Of a stretch of 54,439 nucleotides of DNA, positions 42,777 to 51,438 are shown piece by piece. Within the stretch, counting starts at the first letter, position 1; each line of letters begins with the position of its first letter. The notes under the pieces are model-generated. The model did no database searches. It was not told the DNA's origin and saw nothing but the letters and a program-made list of their open reading frames with translations. The DNA comes from a virus (taxonomy: Duplodnaviria > Caudoviricetes): IMG/VR virus record IMGVR_UViG_3300043690_000026, positions 1 to 54,439 of that record. One strand, given 5' to 3'. The position numbers and the translations under genes were made by a program.

Positions 42777-43655
42777 TCACTGCTGTTGCTCCTCGGCTGG
42801 CGGCAGAAACGGAGCCTGCGCCTGGACGCGATCCGCCGCGGTGGTGCGCTTCGCCGCTGGTGCGCCCTCCCCGATCATTTCGCTCCAAGTGCCCGAAACA
42901 TCAATCGCCTCAGACTCGCCGGCGTCCATGCGGTTCAGATAGGCGCGGGACTCATGCGAAAGCGGCAACCATTTGGAGTGGCGGCGGAATGCGGTCTTCT
43001 TGCCCATCTCGTTGAAGTCCGTTACCCACGGCCCTTCGCTGGGCGACTTCGAACGCTGCCGGATCTTCTCTACTTCCGCCAGCGTCATCACGTCGAAATC
43101 CTCGCCGCCGTCCTTCAGCCGCACGTAGGAGTAAAACAGTTTCGGCTTGCCAGTACGCACCGCCCCTGGCTTGTGCGTCAGATGGCCGCCCGTGCCGTAC
43201 TGCACTTCAAATTCGTCATCCGGGTAAACGGCGTCGGCGTGGATCACGCTGACATCTCCCGAACGCCGCACCAGCTCGGCCAGACCCTTGTAGTCAACAA
43301 TCAGCTGGCACTCAACGGTGTTGTGCTTTTTGTTTTTGTACGGAATCAGGTGCGCGCGCCGGCCGTCGGGCTCGAGCCCGTAGAACGCGCAATCTAACAT
43401 CGCTTTGAAGAAACTCTCGCGCGTGCACTCGGCCAGCAGCGGCGTTCGAATCATGGCCGTAAGCGCAGCCCGGACGAATCGGTCTGCCCGCATGACATGG
43501 GGCGCGACCTCAGCCACGGCCTTCTTGAAATCGTCGGACTTCAGTAGATCCTTAAAGGTCTTCGGCTGCTTTGCTAAGGCCTGCGTGTGTTCGTCGGCGC
43601 GATCCGCCCGGTCCTCGGGGTCGGTCGACGGTAGTGCTTTCTCTTCTTCTGGCAT
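42777..43655 (-). CDS. recT: RecT single-strand annealing protein
   Basis: GLEPDG, AHLIPY, QLIVDYKGL, PWVTDFNEMGKKT, KWLPLS. Confidence 0.93.
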   Translation of the reverse strand: MPEEEKALPSTDPEDRADRADEHTQALAKQPKTFKDLLKSDDFKKAVAEVAPHVMRADRFVRAALTAMIRTPLLAECTRESFFKAMLDCAFYGLEPDGRRAHLIPYKNKKHNTVECQLIVDYKGLAELVRRSGDVSVIHADAVYPDDEFEVQYGTGGHLTHKPGAVRTGKPKLFYSYVRLKDGGEDFDVMTLAEVEKIRQRSKSPSEGPWVTDFNEMGKKTAFRRHSKWLPLSHESRAYLNRMDAGESEAIDVSGTWSEMIGEGAPAAKRTTAADRVQAQAPFLPPAEEQQQ

Positions 43656-43901
43656 TTAAGTACTCCTTCCGTTTCCTGGCCGCTCCCCGTAGGGGCACGC
43701 TATCCAGTGCGGCCTTGCATCCGGCTCATACGTCTGAATGAACCCACTCGAATGCGGCACGCGGAAAATCGCCGCGCCGCACCCCTGGCAGCGCCCTGCC
43801 TGGCCGACCGCGCAGAGCAGGTTGTGAATCTGATTGCGCAGCTGCAAGACCTGGCGCGCGATCTCGTCCTGCAACGTGGGGTACTGCGGTGTGACGCTCA
43901 T
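43656..43901 (-). CDS. Small Zn-finger protein
   Basis: CQGCG...HWIACP. Confidence 0.6.
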   Translation of the reverse strand: MSVTPQYPTLQDEIARQVLQLRNQIHNLLCAVGQAGRCQGCGAAIFRVPHSSGFIQTYEPDARPHWIACPYGERPGNGRST

Positions 43902-44878
43902 GATGCGACCTCGGCGCCCTCCTTCACGGCTTCCTTGTAGCGGTCAGACACCAGGCCGATAGCCCGCGTTGGGCCTGCAGTGCGGGTTTGAAGGCCTAGC
44001 AGGGTATTCCAGTCCTCCTCGGACACGTACTCTTTCAGGCCGCGCGCAATGGCTTCCCAATTCGTCGAGGTCCTGCCCTTGCGCGTGCGCCAGGTAAACC
44101 TACCGTCCTCCCACTCCAGGCCTTCGCGATCGGCAATCGCCAGCTTGAGAAGCGTTTCGAGTTCGTCCGTCCGGCGCTCGGCCAGCTTTTCCTTAATCCG
44201 AAGATCGACGTACTCGTCGAGCAGCTTGATCTCGTCGGGCTCGGCCGGCCGCAGGTCAGGCCGCTTGTGGGTGGGGTAGGTCTTCAGCAGCCAGCGGTTG
44301 GCCGCCTCGCTGTGTTCGAGCGGCGGGTGTTCACCGCGGATGAGATAACGCTCCACCCATTCGCGCTCCCGCTCCAGCATGATGGCCTCGTTTTTCGGAT
44401 CGCGCTCGACGGTGTAGAGCCGAAGGTCGCCCTCGACGCAGGCATACACGTCCCACGCCGGGTAGCCGTAGAACGCCATGTAGTGCCAGGTCTGAAGCTC
44501 CACCCAATCCGGCACTTCGTATGGCGGATCCCCCCAGGCGTGGGCAAAATCGTGGAACACCATTTTGATCTCGACCCCGCGCTGTTCGTCCACGATCAGG
44601 CCGTCGGGCGTCGCAATCTGGAAAGGACGCTCCGGGTGAATGAATGTCCGGTCAAACATCGGCTCGACGTTCCGCCCGGTCTCCTCCCGGTAAAGATCCA
44701 TCAGCGGTGCCTCGACCTTCTTGCCCAGCCGCATTTGCAAGCTGGGCGGCGTCGGTTCCACCTGGCCGGTCCTTTGAAGCCACAGGTCAAACTGAGTCCG
44801 CCCATATGGATCCGCGCCGAAGATGACGGGCACGTCTGATCCGCCCAGGCCGTACCGCCGCTTGGACTGGTCGATCAT
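43898..44878 (-). CDS. YqaJ-family (lambda Exo-like) exonuclease
   Basis: GLGGSD, ATPDG, EIK, Q..HYM. Confidence 0.93.
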   Translation of the reverse strand: MIDQSKRRYGLGGSDVPVIFGADPYGRTQFDLWLQRTGQVEPTPPSLQMRLGKKVEAPLMDLYREETGRNVEPMFDRTFIHPERPFQIATPDGLIVDEQRGVEIKMVFHDFAHAWGDPPYEVPDWVELQTWHYMAFYGYPAWDVYACVEGDLRLYTVERDPKNEAIMLEREREWVERYLIRGEHPPLEHSEAANRWLLKTYPTHKRPDLRPAEPDEIKLLDEYVDLRIKEKLAERRTDELETLLKLAIADREGLEWEDGRFTWRTRKGRTSTNWEAIARGLKEYVSEEDWNTLLGLQTRTAGPTRAIGLVSDRYKEAVKEGAEVAS

Positions 44879-45120
44879 TCGGCGTTGCCTTCCGGCTTGC
44901 GCCTGCGCCGTCTGGTGAACATATCGATCAGGCCCGGAACTTTCTGGTCGGCCTCGACCAGCAGCATTACAGCTTCCATCACGGCTGGCCGGCGCGGGGG
45001 AGCCACGCGCTTCAATGCCTGTATGACCGCCGCCTGCGCGGCGGACTCGCGCTGTGCGCTGTCCAGCTGCTCATCGGTGATTCCGGTAATCAATAACTGG
45101 GGTTCGGTTTCGCTTTCCAT
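44875..45120 (-). CDS. Hypothetical protein
   Basis: Coupled to exonuclease. Confidence 0.6.
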   Translation of the reverse strand: MESETEPQLLITGITDEQLDSAQRESAAQAAVIQALKRVAPPRRPAVMEAVMLLVEADQKVPGLIDMFTRRRRRKPEGNAE

Positions 45121-45307
45121 GTAAAGGCCTCTTCACTCCCTCGAACGCGATCTCTTTCAAATGCGCCTCGGCGCACCGCTGGCACAACCAGAACCGATCG
45201 CAAAAGCTGGCGCCAGGCACCTGGCGGCAGCGTTCGCACACGTAGAGCGTTTCGTCCCGCTCGTCTATCCCTTGCTCGTAGAGGATAGCGGCGTACCGCT
45301 GTGTCAC
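45071..45307 (-). CDS. Small Cys-rich hypothetical protein
   Basis: CERC...CQRC..H. Confidence 0.45.
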   Translation of the reverse strand: MTQRYAAILYEQGIDERDETLYVCERCRQVPGASFCDRFWLCQRCAEAHLKEIAFEGVKRPLHGKRNRTPVIDYRNHR

Positions 45308-45327
45308 CCTGAAATGTGTCTGGCTTT

Positions 45328-45576
45328 TTAGACCGCTATTTTTTCAAGGCGCGGTGGCTTTTTCTTGTGGCCGTTTTTGCGCGCCGCATTTGGACCGAAG
45401 CAGGTCCTGACGCACTCCGCTATCAGCGCGCCAAAAGTAAAATCCGCGCCGTTGAGTTTCCTGCGGTGAACCCGCTCCGCCTGAAGCAGGTCGAGGACGT
45501 CCACAGGAATGTTCGTTGTAGTTCTTTTCGAAGGCCGGAGGGATTCAGGGTTAGATGAAATTGAACTGCGAATCAT
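45328..45576 (-). CDS. First early gene, RHH/Cro-like regulator
   Basis: GGAGG RBS before ATG 45576; divergent from repressor. Confidence 0.6.
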   Translation of the reverse strand: MIRSSISSNPESLRPSKRTTTNIPVDVLDLLQAERVHRRKLNGADFTFGALIAECVRTCFGPNAARKNGHKKKPPRLEKIAV

Positions 45577-45648
45577 GGCTAACCTCCAAGTATTGGACCG
45601 ATTTGCTATTAAACTGCGTTCTACGTTTCGGTCCGGCGGACGAGTTTG

Positions 45649-45678
45649 AATATAATTCTGAATCCACCCCGCTGTCAA
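45649..45678 (-). promoter_or_regulatory. Early lytic promoter
   Basis: TTGACA-18-TATATT in AT-rich divergent region. Confidence 0.6.
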
Positions 45679-45786
45679 GGACATTTTTACTATTAACTCT
45701 TGTAGTTGTAATCAGATAGCGACTCCAAATGTGACCAGCAATTCAACTACAAAGGAGCACAAAATTTGTCAGCAAACCTTTAAGCC

Positions 45787-46137
45787 TTGGCCAGTCTGTT
45801 AGATACGGAACATATTCCGTGGCGGCGCGCGGCTGAATCGCCCACAATGGGGGAACGCTTGGAAAAATTCTTCACGCCGACGTCTGGGATGATCCGGCGG
45901 GCGGTTGGGCAGACGATTCGGGATCTGCGAAAGCAACTGGGCATCGCGCAGGAGACGTTGGCAGCCGACTCAGGGGTGGATCGGAGCTACGTAGGACAGA
46001 TCGAGCGCGGCGAACACACCCCGACGCTCGACATGCTGCATCGATTGTTACCGACGCTGCGTGTAACGTTCAGCGAGTTCGCGGTGGGGTACGAACGAAG
46101 GCTGTACCGCGCCGCCCGAAAGAACAATGGGCCGTAG
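45787..46137 (+). CDS. XRE-family HTH repressor (no S24 peptidase domain)
   Basis: IRDLRKQLGIAQETLA...DRSYVGQIERGEHTPTL. Confidence 0.9.
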   Translation: MASLLDTEHIPWRRAAESPTMGERLEKFFTPTSGMIRRAVGQTIRDLRKQLGIAQETLAADSGVDRSYVGQIERGEHTPTLDMLHRLLPTLRVTFSEFAVGYERRLYRAARKNNGP

Positions 46138-46144
46138 GAAAAGC

Positions 46145-46189
46145 AAAAAATGCCCCCGGTCGAATCGTGCCGCTTTTTTCCGGGGGCAT
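46145..46189 (-). terminator. Terminator between convergent genes
   Basis: ATGCCCCCGG/CCGGGGGCAT stem with T run on - strand. Confidence 0.6.
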
Positions 46190-46214
46190 CCAAAAGTTCT
46201 TGCGCTCTAATTCT

Positions 46215-46676
46215 TCACCGCGGCGGCGCAGGGCATATCTTGATGACGCCCCGATAGTCGGTAAACCCGTCGCAGTGCTCTTTGTCCCAGCCGTAGCTGA
46301 GCTGAGTTTCGGTTCTGGCGTCGAAGATCCAGGCGTCCACGCGAACACCTTCCGCGATGGTATAGAACCACTCCTTGCCCTCGGTGATGCGGAACTCGGT
46401 CGGGTAGGTGCAGGTCGCGCCCATGTACATGGTTGCGCTGATGCCGGCGTCCATGCCCGGCGGCGTGCTGTGGCAGATCGCAACCGCCTCTCCGCTCAGG
46501 GTGTGAAAGCCCTGAAACTCATCGTCCCGCCCGGTGGTTAGCTGCGGCGTACAAGGTGGGGCAGCTGGCGAGTAGTTGAAGTAGCATTCGAGCGTGCCGG
46601 GCTCGAGGTAATAGATCGGCGCACTGGCCGCTGAACAGACGGCCGTGGCGATCAGAACGAGCAGCAGGTGTCTCAT
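46215..46676 (-). CDS. Secreted Cys-rich protein
   Basis: Signal peptide MRHLLLVLIATAVCSAASA; 6 Cys in mature part; ATGA coupling. Confidence 0.7.
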   Translation of the reverse strand: MRHLLLVLIATAVCSAASAPIYYLEPGTLECYFNYSPAAPPCTPQLTTGRDDEFQGFHTLSGEAVAICHSTPPGMDAGISATMYMGATCTYPTEFRITEGKEWFYTIAEGVRVDAWIFDARTETQLSYGWDKEHCDGFTDYRGVIKICPAPPR

Positions 46677-47305
46677 CGCGTGACCTCCGTGGCGCCCTTC
46701 GCTTCTGCGAGGTATTCGTCGGCACGGGCTACAGCAGCTTGCAGGCCATGCTTTTTCAGGATGCGGCTGAGTTCGCCGTAGTAGACCTGCGCCTCGTTGA
46801 CATAGTTGCCGTCGGTGTCCTTGCGCCAGTCCTCGCGGTCGACGAAAGAGTAAGCATCGCTCGGATGCTGCGATAAGGCGAGTTCGCGAAAGCGCAAGAA
46901 GATATCGCGCCGCGCCCTCCACTTCGCGTTGACCAGCGCGCCGAGGCCGTACTCATCCGGCCCGGCCAGCTTGCCATTGGCGAATACCACGCCGTCAAGC
47001 GACAGCGAGTCGATGGCCACGCCGTCGAACTTCGGAGTGTGGTCGTGCGTGTCGATAACGAGCGACTGGCCGCGCAACACAATGGGATCCCGGTGCTCTT
47101 GCCAGTTGATGAGCTTGAACGCCATGCGACGCCCGTTGGCGAAGCGGAAAAACAGTTGCAGCGCGATGATGTCCTGTTGAGTGTTGTTGGTTATTGTGAC
47201 CTGATGGTCGTGGACCGACACGTCCACTCCCGGCAGGCCCGTAATGAGCGACTGCGCGATGAGCGGAGCCGCCAAAAGAAGAAACAAGAGGTGTTTTGCC
47301 TCCAT
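46673..47305 (-). CDS. Secreted protein
   Basis: MEAKHLLFLLLAAPLIAQ signal peptide; GGAGG RBS. Confidence 0.75.
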   Translation of the reverse strand: MEAKHLLFLLLAAPLIAQSLITGLPGVDVSVHDHQVTITNNTQQDIIALQLFFRFANGRRMAFKLINWQEHRDPIVLRGQSLVIDTHDHTPKFDGVAIDSLSLDGVVFANGKLAGPDEYGLGALVNAKWRARRDIFLRFRELALSQHPSDAYSFVDREDWRKDTDGNYVNEAQVYYGELSRILKKHGLQAAVARADEYLAEAKGATEVTR

Positions 47306-47308
47306 GGT

Positions 47309-47378
47309 GTGTAGCCTCCGGTGGTAGAGCATAGCACATGGGGCCGGGCGCGGATAAGTTGGAGGCTACACCGCGCCC
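47309..47378 (-). promoter_or_regulatory. SD/anti-SD inverted repeat with internal extended -10 promoter
   Basis: GTGTAGCCTCC (47309-47319) / GGAGGCTACAC (47361-47371); TGcTATGCT at 47336-47328. Confidence 0.55.
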
Positions 47379-47442
47379 ATTCGAGTCGTCACTCTAGGCC
47401 CCACACCCAGATTACGACTCGCTTCGGGGCTTCGCGATTGAA

Positions 47443-47628
47443 TCATTTCGCCAGCAGCTGGCGTTGTGGCTTTGCCCGGACGTATTGCTCCACCGCTTCG
47501 CGGTAGATGCGGCAGAGTTTCACGTCTGCCCCCTCAAGCTGGTGGCGCGCCTGCCGGATGGCCCGCATGTCCTGATGCAGCGTCGCGGGCAGCTGTACCT
47601 TGATGAAAACCGTGCCTTTGGGCGTCAT
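47443..47628 (-). CDS. RHH-like small DNA-binding protein
   Basis: IKVQLPATL...IYREAVEQYV. Confidence 0.55.
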   Translation of the reverse strand: MTPKGTVFIKVQLPATLHQDMRAIRQARHQLEGADVKLCRIYREAVEQYVRAKPQRQLLAK

Positions 47629-47637
47629 CGCGCGGCA

Positions 47638-47931
47638 TCAGAGCATCTTGTTGATGGCAGTCTCGACCGCCGACTGCAACATGTCGTCGGGGATATCGGC
47701 CCCGAGGGTTTGCACGTTCGGGTCGCCGACCACGACGGGGGTAATATTGGTGGCCACGAAATCGGGTTGCGCGAGCGTGTTTTGCGCCCACTGGTAGCGC
47801 GTACGGTGCGCGTTCGTGCCCGGATCTTCGCCCGTGATATAGCCAGCAAAATGCAATGCCGCAACCTTGACGCGGGCCTTGAACGCCCCGTCATCCATGA
47901 GTGCCGCCGTGGCGGCGTAATCGAGTGCCAT
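47638..47931 (-). CDS. Small fibre-associated protein
   Basis: AGGAG RBS, directly after fibre gene. Confidence 0.7.
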   Translation of the reverse strand: MALDYAATAALMDDGAFKARVKVAALHFAGYITGEDPGTNAHRTRYQWAQNTLAQPDFVATNITPVVVGDPNVQTLGADIPDDMLQSAVETAINKML

Positions 47932-47940
47932 TTGATTCTC

Positions 47941-50751
47941 CTATGCTACGGTAATCGTTCCCTGCTTAATCGTTCCTGTCGAGAACTTCACCCGGAAGGT
48001 CAGAGCGTTTCCGGCCTCATTGATGTAGCAGTACACCATGTTGTTCGCCACGAGCGCCGTATCTGATGCAGCCGTTGGGCAGGATGTGGCGACAACAGCG
48101 GACGAGGCTTGAATTTCGAGCCACACCGGGGATGCGTTGTTTCCAGTCAGGCGAAACTCCTGCGCCGAGACGTTCGTCTGATTCCCACTCTGCAAATAGT
48201 TGATTGTGGTATTGCTCCTGAGTGCTAGTGTGCCGCCCGTCGCAACGTTGGTGCAGATAACGAGGCCTTGGTTGGCAGTAGGAGAATAAAAGTTGAAAAA
48301 GTCTGCTCCGCCGAGAAACGATCCAGCCTGAAGTAGACCGTTCCTGTTGATCCGCATCCTTTCGCCCGCAGCAGCGGAGTCTGCCGTATAGAAAGACAGA
48401 AAACCTGCGGCCGCGCCGGTAGTAGCTGTGCTGCACGCAATGTATGCGATTCTCTTGTCCACCGCCGCATTGGCGAAATTCACGAAATCAAGTTCGCCGA
48501 TGACCTGCGATGCGGTCGGCTGATTGGAACAGACCATCACGCGCCCCAGCGTTGTAGCTGAGTCAGTACCGACCTGGAGGTAGATACCGGGGCTGCTCAT
48601 AGGAGCCGCCGCGAGCGCATTCCCCACGCCGACGGCTGAGGCAGACTGTGAAATGTACATTCGAATGTTGGAGCCTGCCGCCACGTTGTTCGAAAGTGGC
48701 GCAGTATAGAAAGCCATGCCGAGCAGGGCATTCGTTGTTCCGCCAACGCAAACCGCCCCGCGCATGAAACCCGCATCGTCCACCCAGGTGTAGTCAGCAG
48801 TTCCGGTCGCTGTATTGATTTGGGAGGCGAACCCCATTCCTGAACTGGAAACATGCACGGGATAACTGGGCGCGCCCGATAAGCCGACGCCGATTTTTCC
48901 AACGTTGGTCAAATTGAACGTCGCGGCATTGATGTTTTGCAGCCAGGGGGTCTGAATAGCAGCGATATTCGCATTCAGGGTCACGTCCGCCGATAACGCC
49001 CCGCCGCCCGTCAGCGCCGTTCCCGCTATGACTTGCCGCGTATTTGGCACGGCATTGGTTACGTTGGATGGAACGCCAGTGAGCTTGGCATAAGAGAGCG
49101 CAGTAATCCATGCCGGATCGGCATAACTGCCCGTACTATCGACCGCGTTTGTCACCATTGCTGCGCTGTAGTCGCCCGCAGCGGGCACCACCGCGCCCGT
49201 GCGCGCGTTGAAGCTGTTCACCATCGCTGGCGCCCCGGTGAGCTTTGAGTATGAGAGTGCTGTAAGCCATGCTGGGTCGGCGTATGCCCCCGCCGTCGAA
49301 ACCGCGTTCGTCACATTCGCCGCCGCGATCTGCGCGCCGTTGATGAGGTAGTTGCCCGACGTGTTAACGTTGCCGACGACATCCAACGGGAAAGTAGGCG
49401 TACCCGTCCCGACGCCGACATAATAGTTCGATGCCCGCAGAGCCAGCATAATCGGACTGGTCGCACCAAAGGGTGTAAATCGTAAATCTTGTACCGAGCC
49501 AGTGGTCGTGTCCAAGCCGGTCTGAATGTAATTCGCGTTATTGGCGGTGGTAACGCGCAATATGCCCTTATTAGGTGCCGTGGTCTGAATGAAAGTAATG
49601 CCGCCGTTGCCGCCGCTCGGTCCCGCCACGGCGAGCGTATCGTATGAGGTCTGCGATCCGATAGTCAGGTTGCCGCTGTTGAATAGCCGCATGCGCTCGG
49701 CGACTGCGCCAGCATTGGCGGTACAAAACGCGAGGTGAGCATTGTTACCCGCCGTGTTGCCAGTAATAGCTTGGATGTCCGCGACGCGCTTGTCGGCGGC
49801 GGCGTTGCTGAAATTGGCAAATGATAGCGCACCGAGCACGACGCCCGAGGTCGGCAATTGTGCGCACACGACCACGCGCCCGACGGTCGCCGCCGCATCG
49901 TTGCCGACTTGGGCATACGGGCCAGGCGAGCTCATGAACGCGGTTGCGAGCGAATTGCCGATACCGACGTTACCGGCGTTCAGCAGCCGGAAGGTCGCGG
50001 CATTGATGTCCTGCGTCCAGGGTGTCTGAGTGACGCTCGAAGGCGTCGACCAGCGCAAGCCAGAGGACTGCGTAGAATCGGCCGTCAGCACCTGCGTGTC
50101 GGCCCCGACGCCGAGCCGCACGAGCGACACCGCTGAGCGCGTCACCAGGTCGCCTTTGGTCGTGGTCGGGTCGACCAGGAAACTGGGTTCGCCCGTGATC
50201 TTGCCCCAGGCGAGAGAGGTGATCCAGGGTGGGTCTGCATAGGTCACGGTCGCGTCGACAGCGTGTGTGACCTGCGCGGCGGTATAGTCGCCCGCCTGGG
50301 CCACTACTACACCGCCGCGGCCGAACACGCTCGAGACGCCGGCCGGCGGGACGCCAGTGAGCTTCGCGTAGGACAAGGCTGTGATCCACGGCGGGTCTGC
50401 GTAATTGCCAGTCGAGTCCACAGCGTTGGTCACCATGGCGGCTGTGTAGTCGCCGCTCTGCGCAACCACCGCTCCGGTGCGACTGAACACGCTCGATACG
50501 TTCCCGGTGATCGTGACATCCGTGCGGTCGTTGACCGGGTTATCGGATGCGACGACTCCGGAGCCGATGAAATTGAGGTACGGCCGCTGCGTCAGGGAGA
50601 CGCCTTCGTCTTGCACGTTAAGGGGCGGCCCTTGCGGACCTGGCGGCCCGGGTATCGCGATTCCTGCGGCTAGAGTCGCTGAGAACTGCTGGCCGCTAGT
50701 TAGGGTAGCACTCAGATTCTGGCAGTTGTTGGCGGATTTGGGATTGCGCAT
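47941..50751 (-). CDS. Tail fibre / receptor-binding protein with internal repeats
   Basis: Collagen-like GPPGPQGP, repeated VSSVFGR.G.VVAQ.GDYTAA and YADP.W..LSY.KLTG, VGIG/ERMRI beta repeats. Confidence 0.85.
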   Translation of the reverse strand: MRNPKSANNCQNLSATLTSGQQFSATLAAGIAIPGPPGPQGPPLNVQDEGVSLTQRPYLNFIGSGVVASDNPVNDRTDVTITGNVSSVFSRTGAVVAQSGDYTAAMVTNAVDSTGNYADPPWITALSYAKLTGVPPAGVSSVFGRGGVVVAQAGDYTAAQVTHAVDATVTYADPPWITSLAWGKITGEPSFLVDPTTTKGDLVTRSAVSLVRLGVGADTQVLTADSTQSSGLRWSTPSSVTQTPWTQDINAATFRLLNAGNVGIGNSLATAFMSSPGPYAQVGNDAAATVGRVVVCAQLPTSGVVLGALSFANFSNAAADKRVADIQAITGNTAGNNAHLAFCTANAGAVAERMRLFNSGNLTIGSQTSYDTLAVAGPSGGNGGITFIQTTAPNKGILRVTTANNANYIQTGLDTTTGSVQDLRFTPFGATSPIMLALRASNYYVGVGTGTPTFPLDVVGNVNTSGNYLINGAQIAAANVTNAVSTAGAYADPAWLTALSYSKLTGAPAMVNSFNARTGAVVPAAGDYSAAMVTNAVDSTGSYADPAWITALSYAKLTGVPSNVTNAVPNTRQVIAGTALTGGGALSADVTLNANIAAIQTPWLQNINAATFNLTNVGKIGVGLSGAPSYPVHVSSSGMGFASQINTATGTADYTWVDDAGFMRGAVCVGGTTNALLGMAFYTAPLSNNVAAGSNIRMYISQSASAVGVGNALAAAPMSSPGIYLQVGTDSATTLGRVMVCSNQPTASQVIGELDFVNFANAAVDKRIAYIACSTATTGAAAGFLSFYTADSAAAGERMRINRNGLLQAGSFLGGADFFNFYSPTANQGLVICTNVATGGTLALRSNTTINYLQSGNQTNVSAQEFRLTGNNASPVWLEIQASSAVVATSCPTAASDTALVANNMVYCYINEAGNALTFRVKFSTGTIKQGTITVA

Positions 50752-51088
50752 TCTCTCTGGTAACCTCGCTTTGTACCTTCACGTTGCCGGCCAGCAGCGT
50801 GGTTATGATGCCATCCGGGCTGACCACCTGGAGATCCCACTTAAAGTTCCCCGAAAGCGTTTCCGTCTGATCATGCGGGATGGACAGGATGATGAGGGGC
50901 GACAGCACCTGCGCGGTTATCTCTAGCACGACCGGCGTCGCATCGGCCGTGCCCGTCCGTATCTGAGCCTGCGCCGTGTATCCGGCCAGCAGATGGTCCG
51001 GCGGGATGGTTGTGTCACCGCTGGTCACTGTGACGTTTGCAGCATAGTCATCTCCCTGGTAAACATGGAGATCAGCTTTGCTGGCCAT
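50696..51088 (-). CDS. BppU-like fibre adaptor
   Basis: YQGDD...AQAQIR...WDLQV...TLLAG motif; directly upstream of fibre. Confidence 0.7.
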   Translation of the reverse strand: MASKADLHVYQGDDYAANVTVTSGDTTIPPDHLLAGYTAQAQIRTGTADATPVVLEITAQVLSPLIILSIPHDQTETLSGNFKWDLQVVSPDGIITTLLAGNVKVQSEVTRENAQSQIRQQLPESECYPN

Positions 51089-51097
51089 GGTGCCTCC

Positions 51098-51418
51098 TTA
51101 CGGGTTTAGTACGGGTCCATTGACGCGCTCGACCGTAGCGTCGGCAGCCTCCGCAACAGCCAGGGGGATGCCGTCGGGCACGGTGGCCAATATTGCGCCA
51201 TTGCGCACCTGTGCGTTCTCGTAGCGCTCCACGTTGCGCTTCTCGAGTGCCTGACGGATGAATGTGCGTTGCCGTTCGGCGGAGGCCTCAAGGTTCTTCT
51301 TGGCCGCCTCCATATCGAGCGAGAGTGCGCCGATTACGGCCAGCACTTGCGTGCGCTCCTGATCCAGCTGCTGCAGCTGTGTGGTTTCTTTCTGATCTAG
51401 CGGAAAAGCCTTTTCCAT
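51098..51418 (-). CDS. Coiled-coil tail accessory/chaperone
   Basis: Operon position, heptad pattern. Confidence 0.6.
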   Translation of the reverse strand: MEKAFPLDQKETTQLQQLDQERTQVLAVIGALSLDMEAAKKNLEASAERQRTFIRQALEKRNVERYENAQVRNGAILATVPDGIPLAVAEAADATVERVNGPVLNP

Positions 51419-51438
51419 GTTCTTTCAATTCTATTTGT

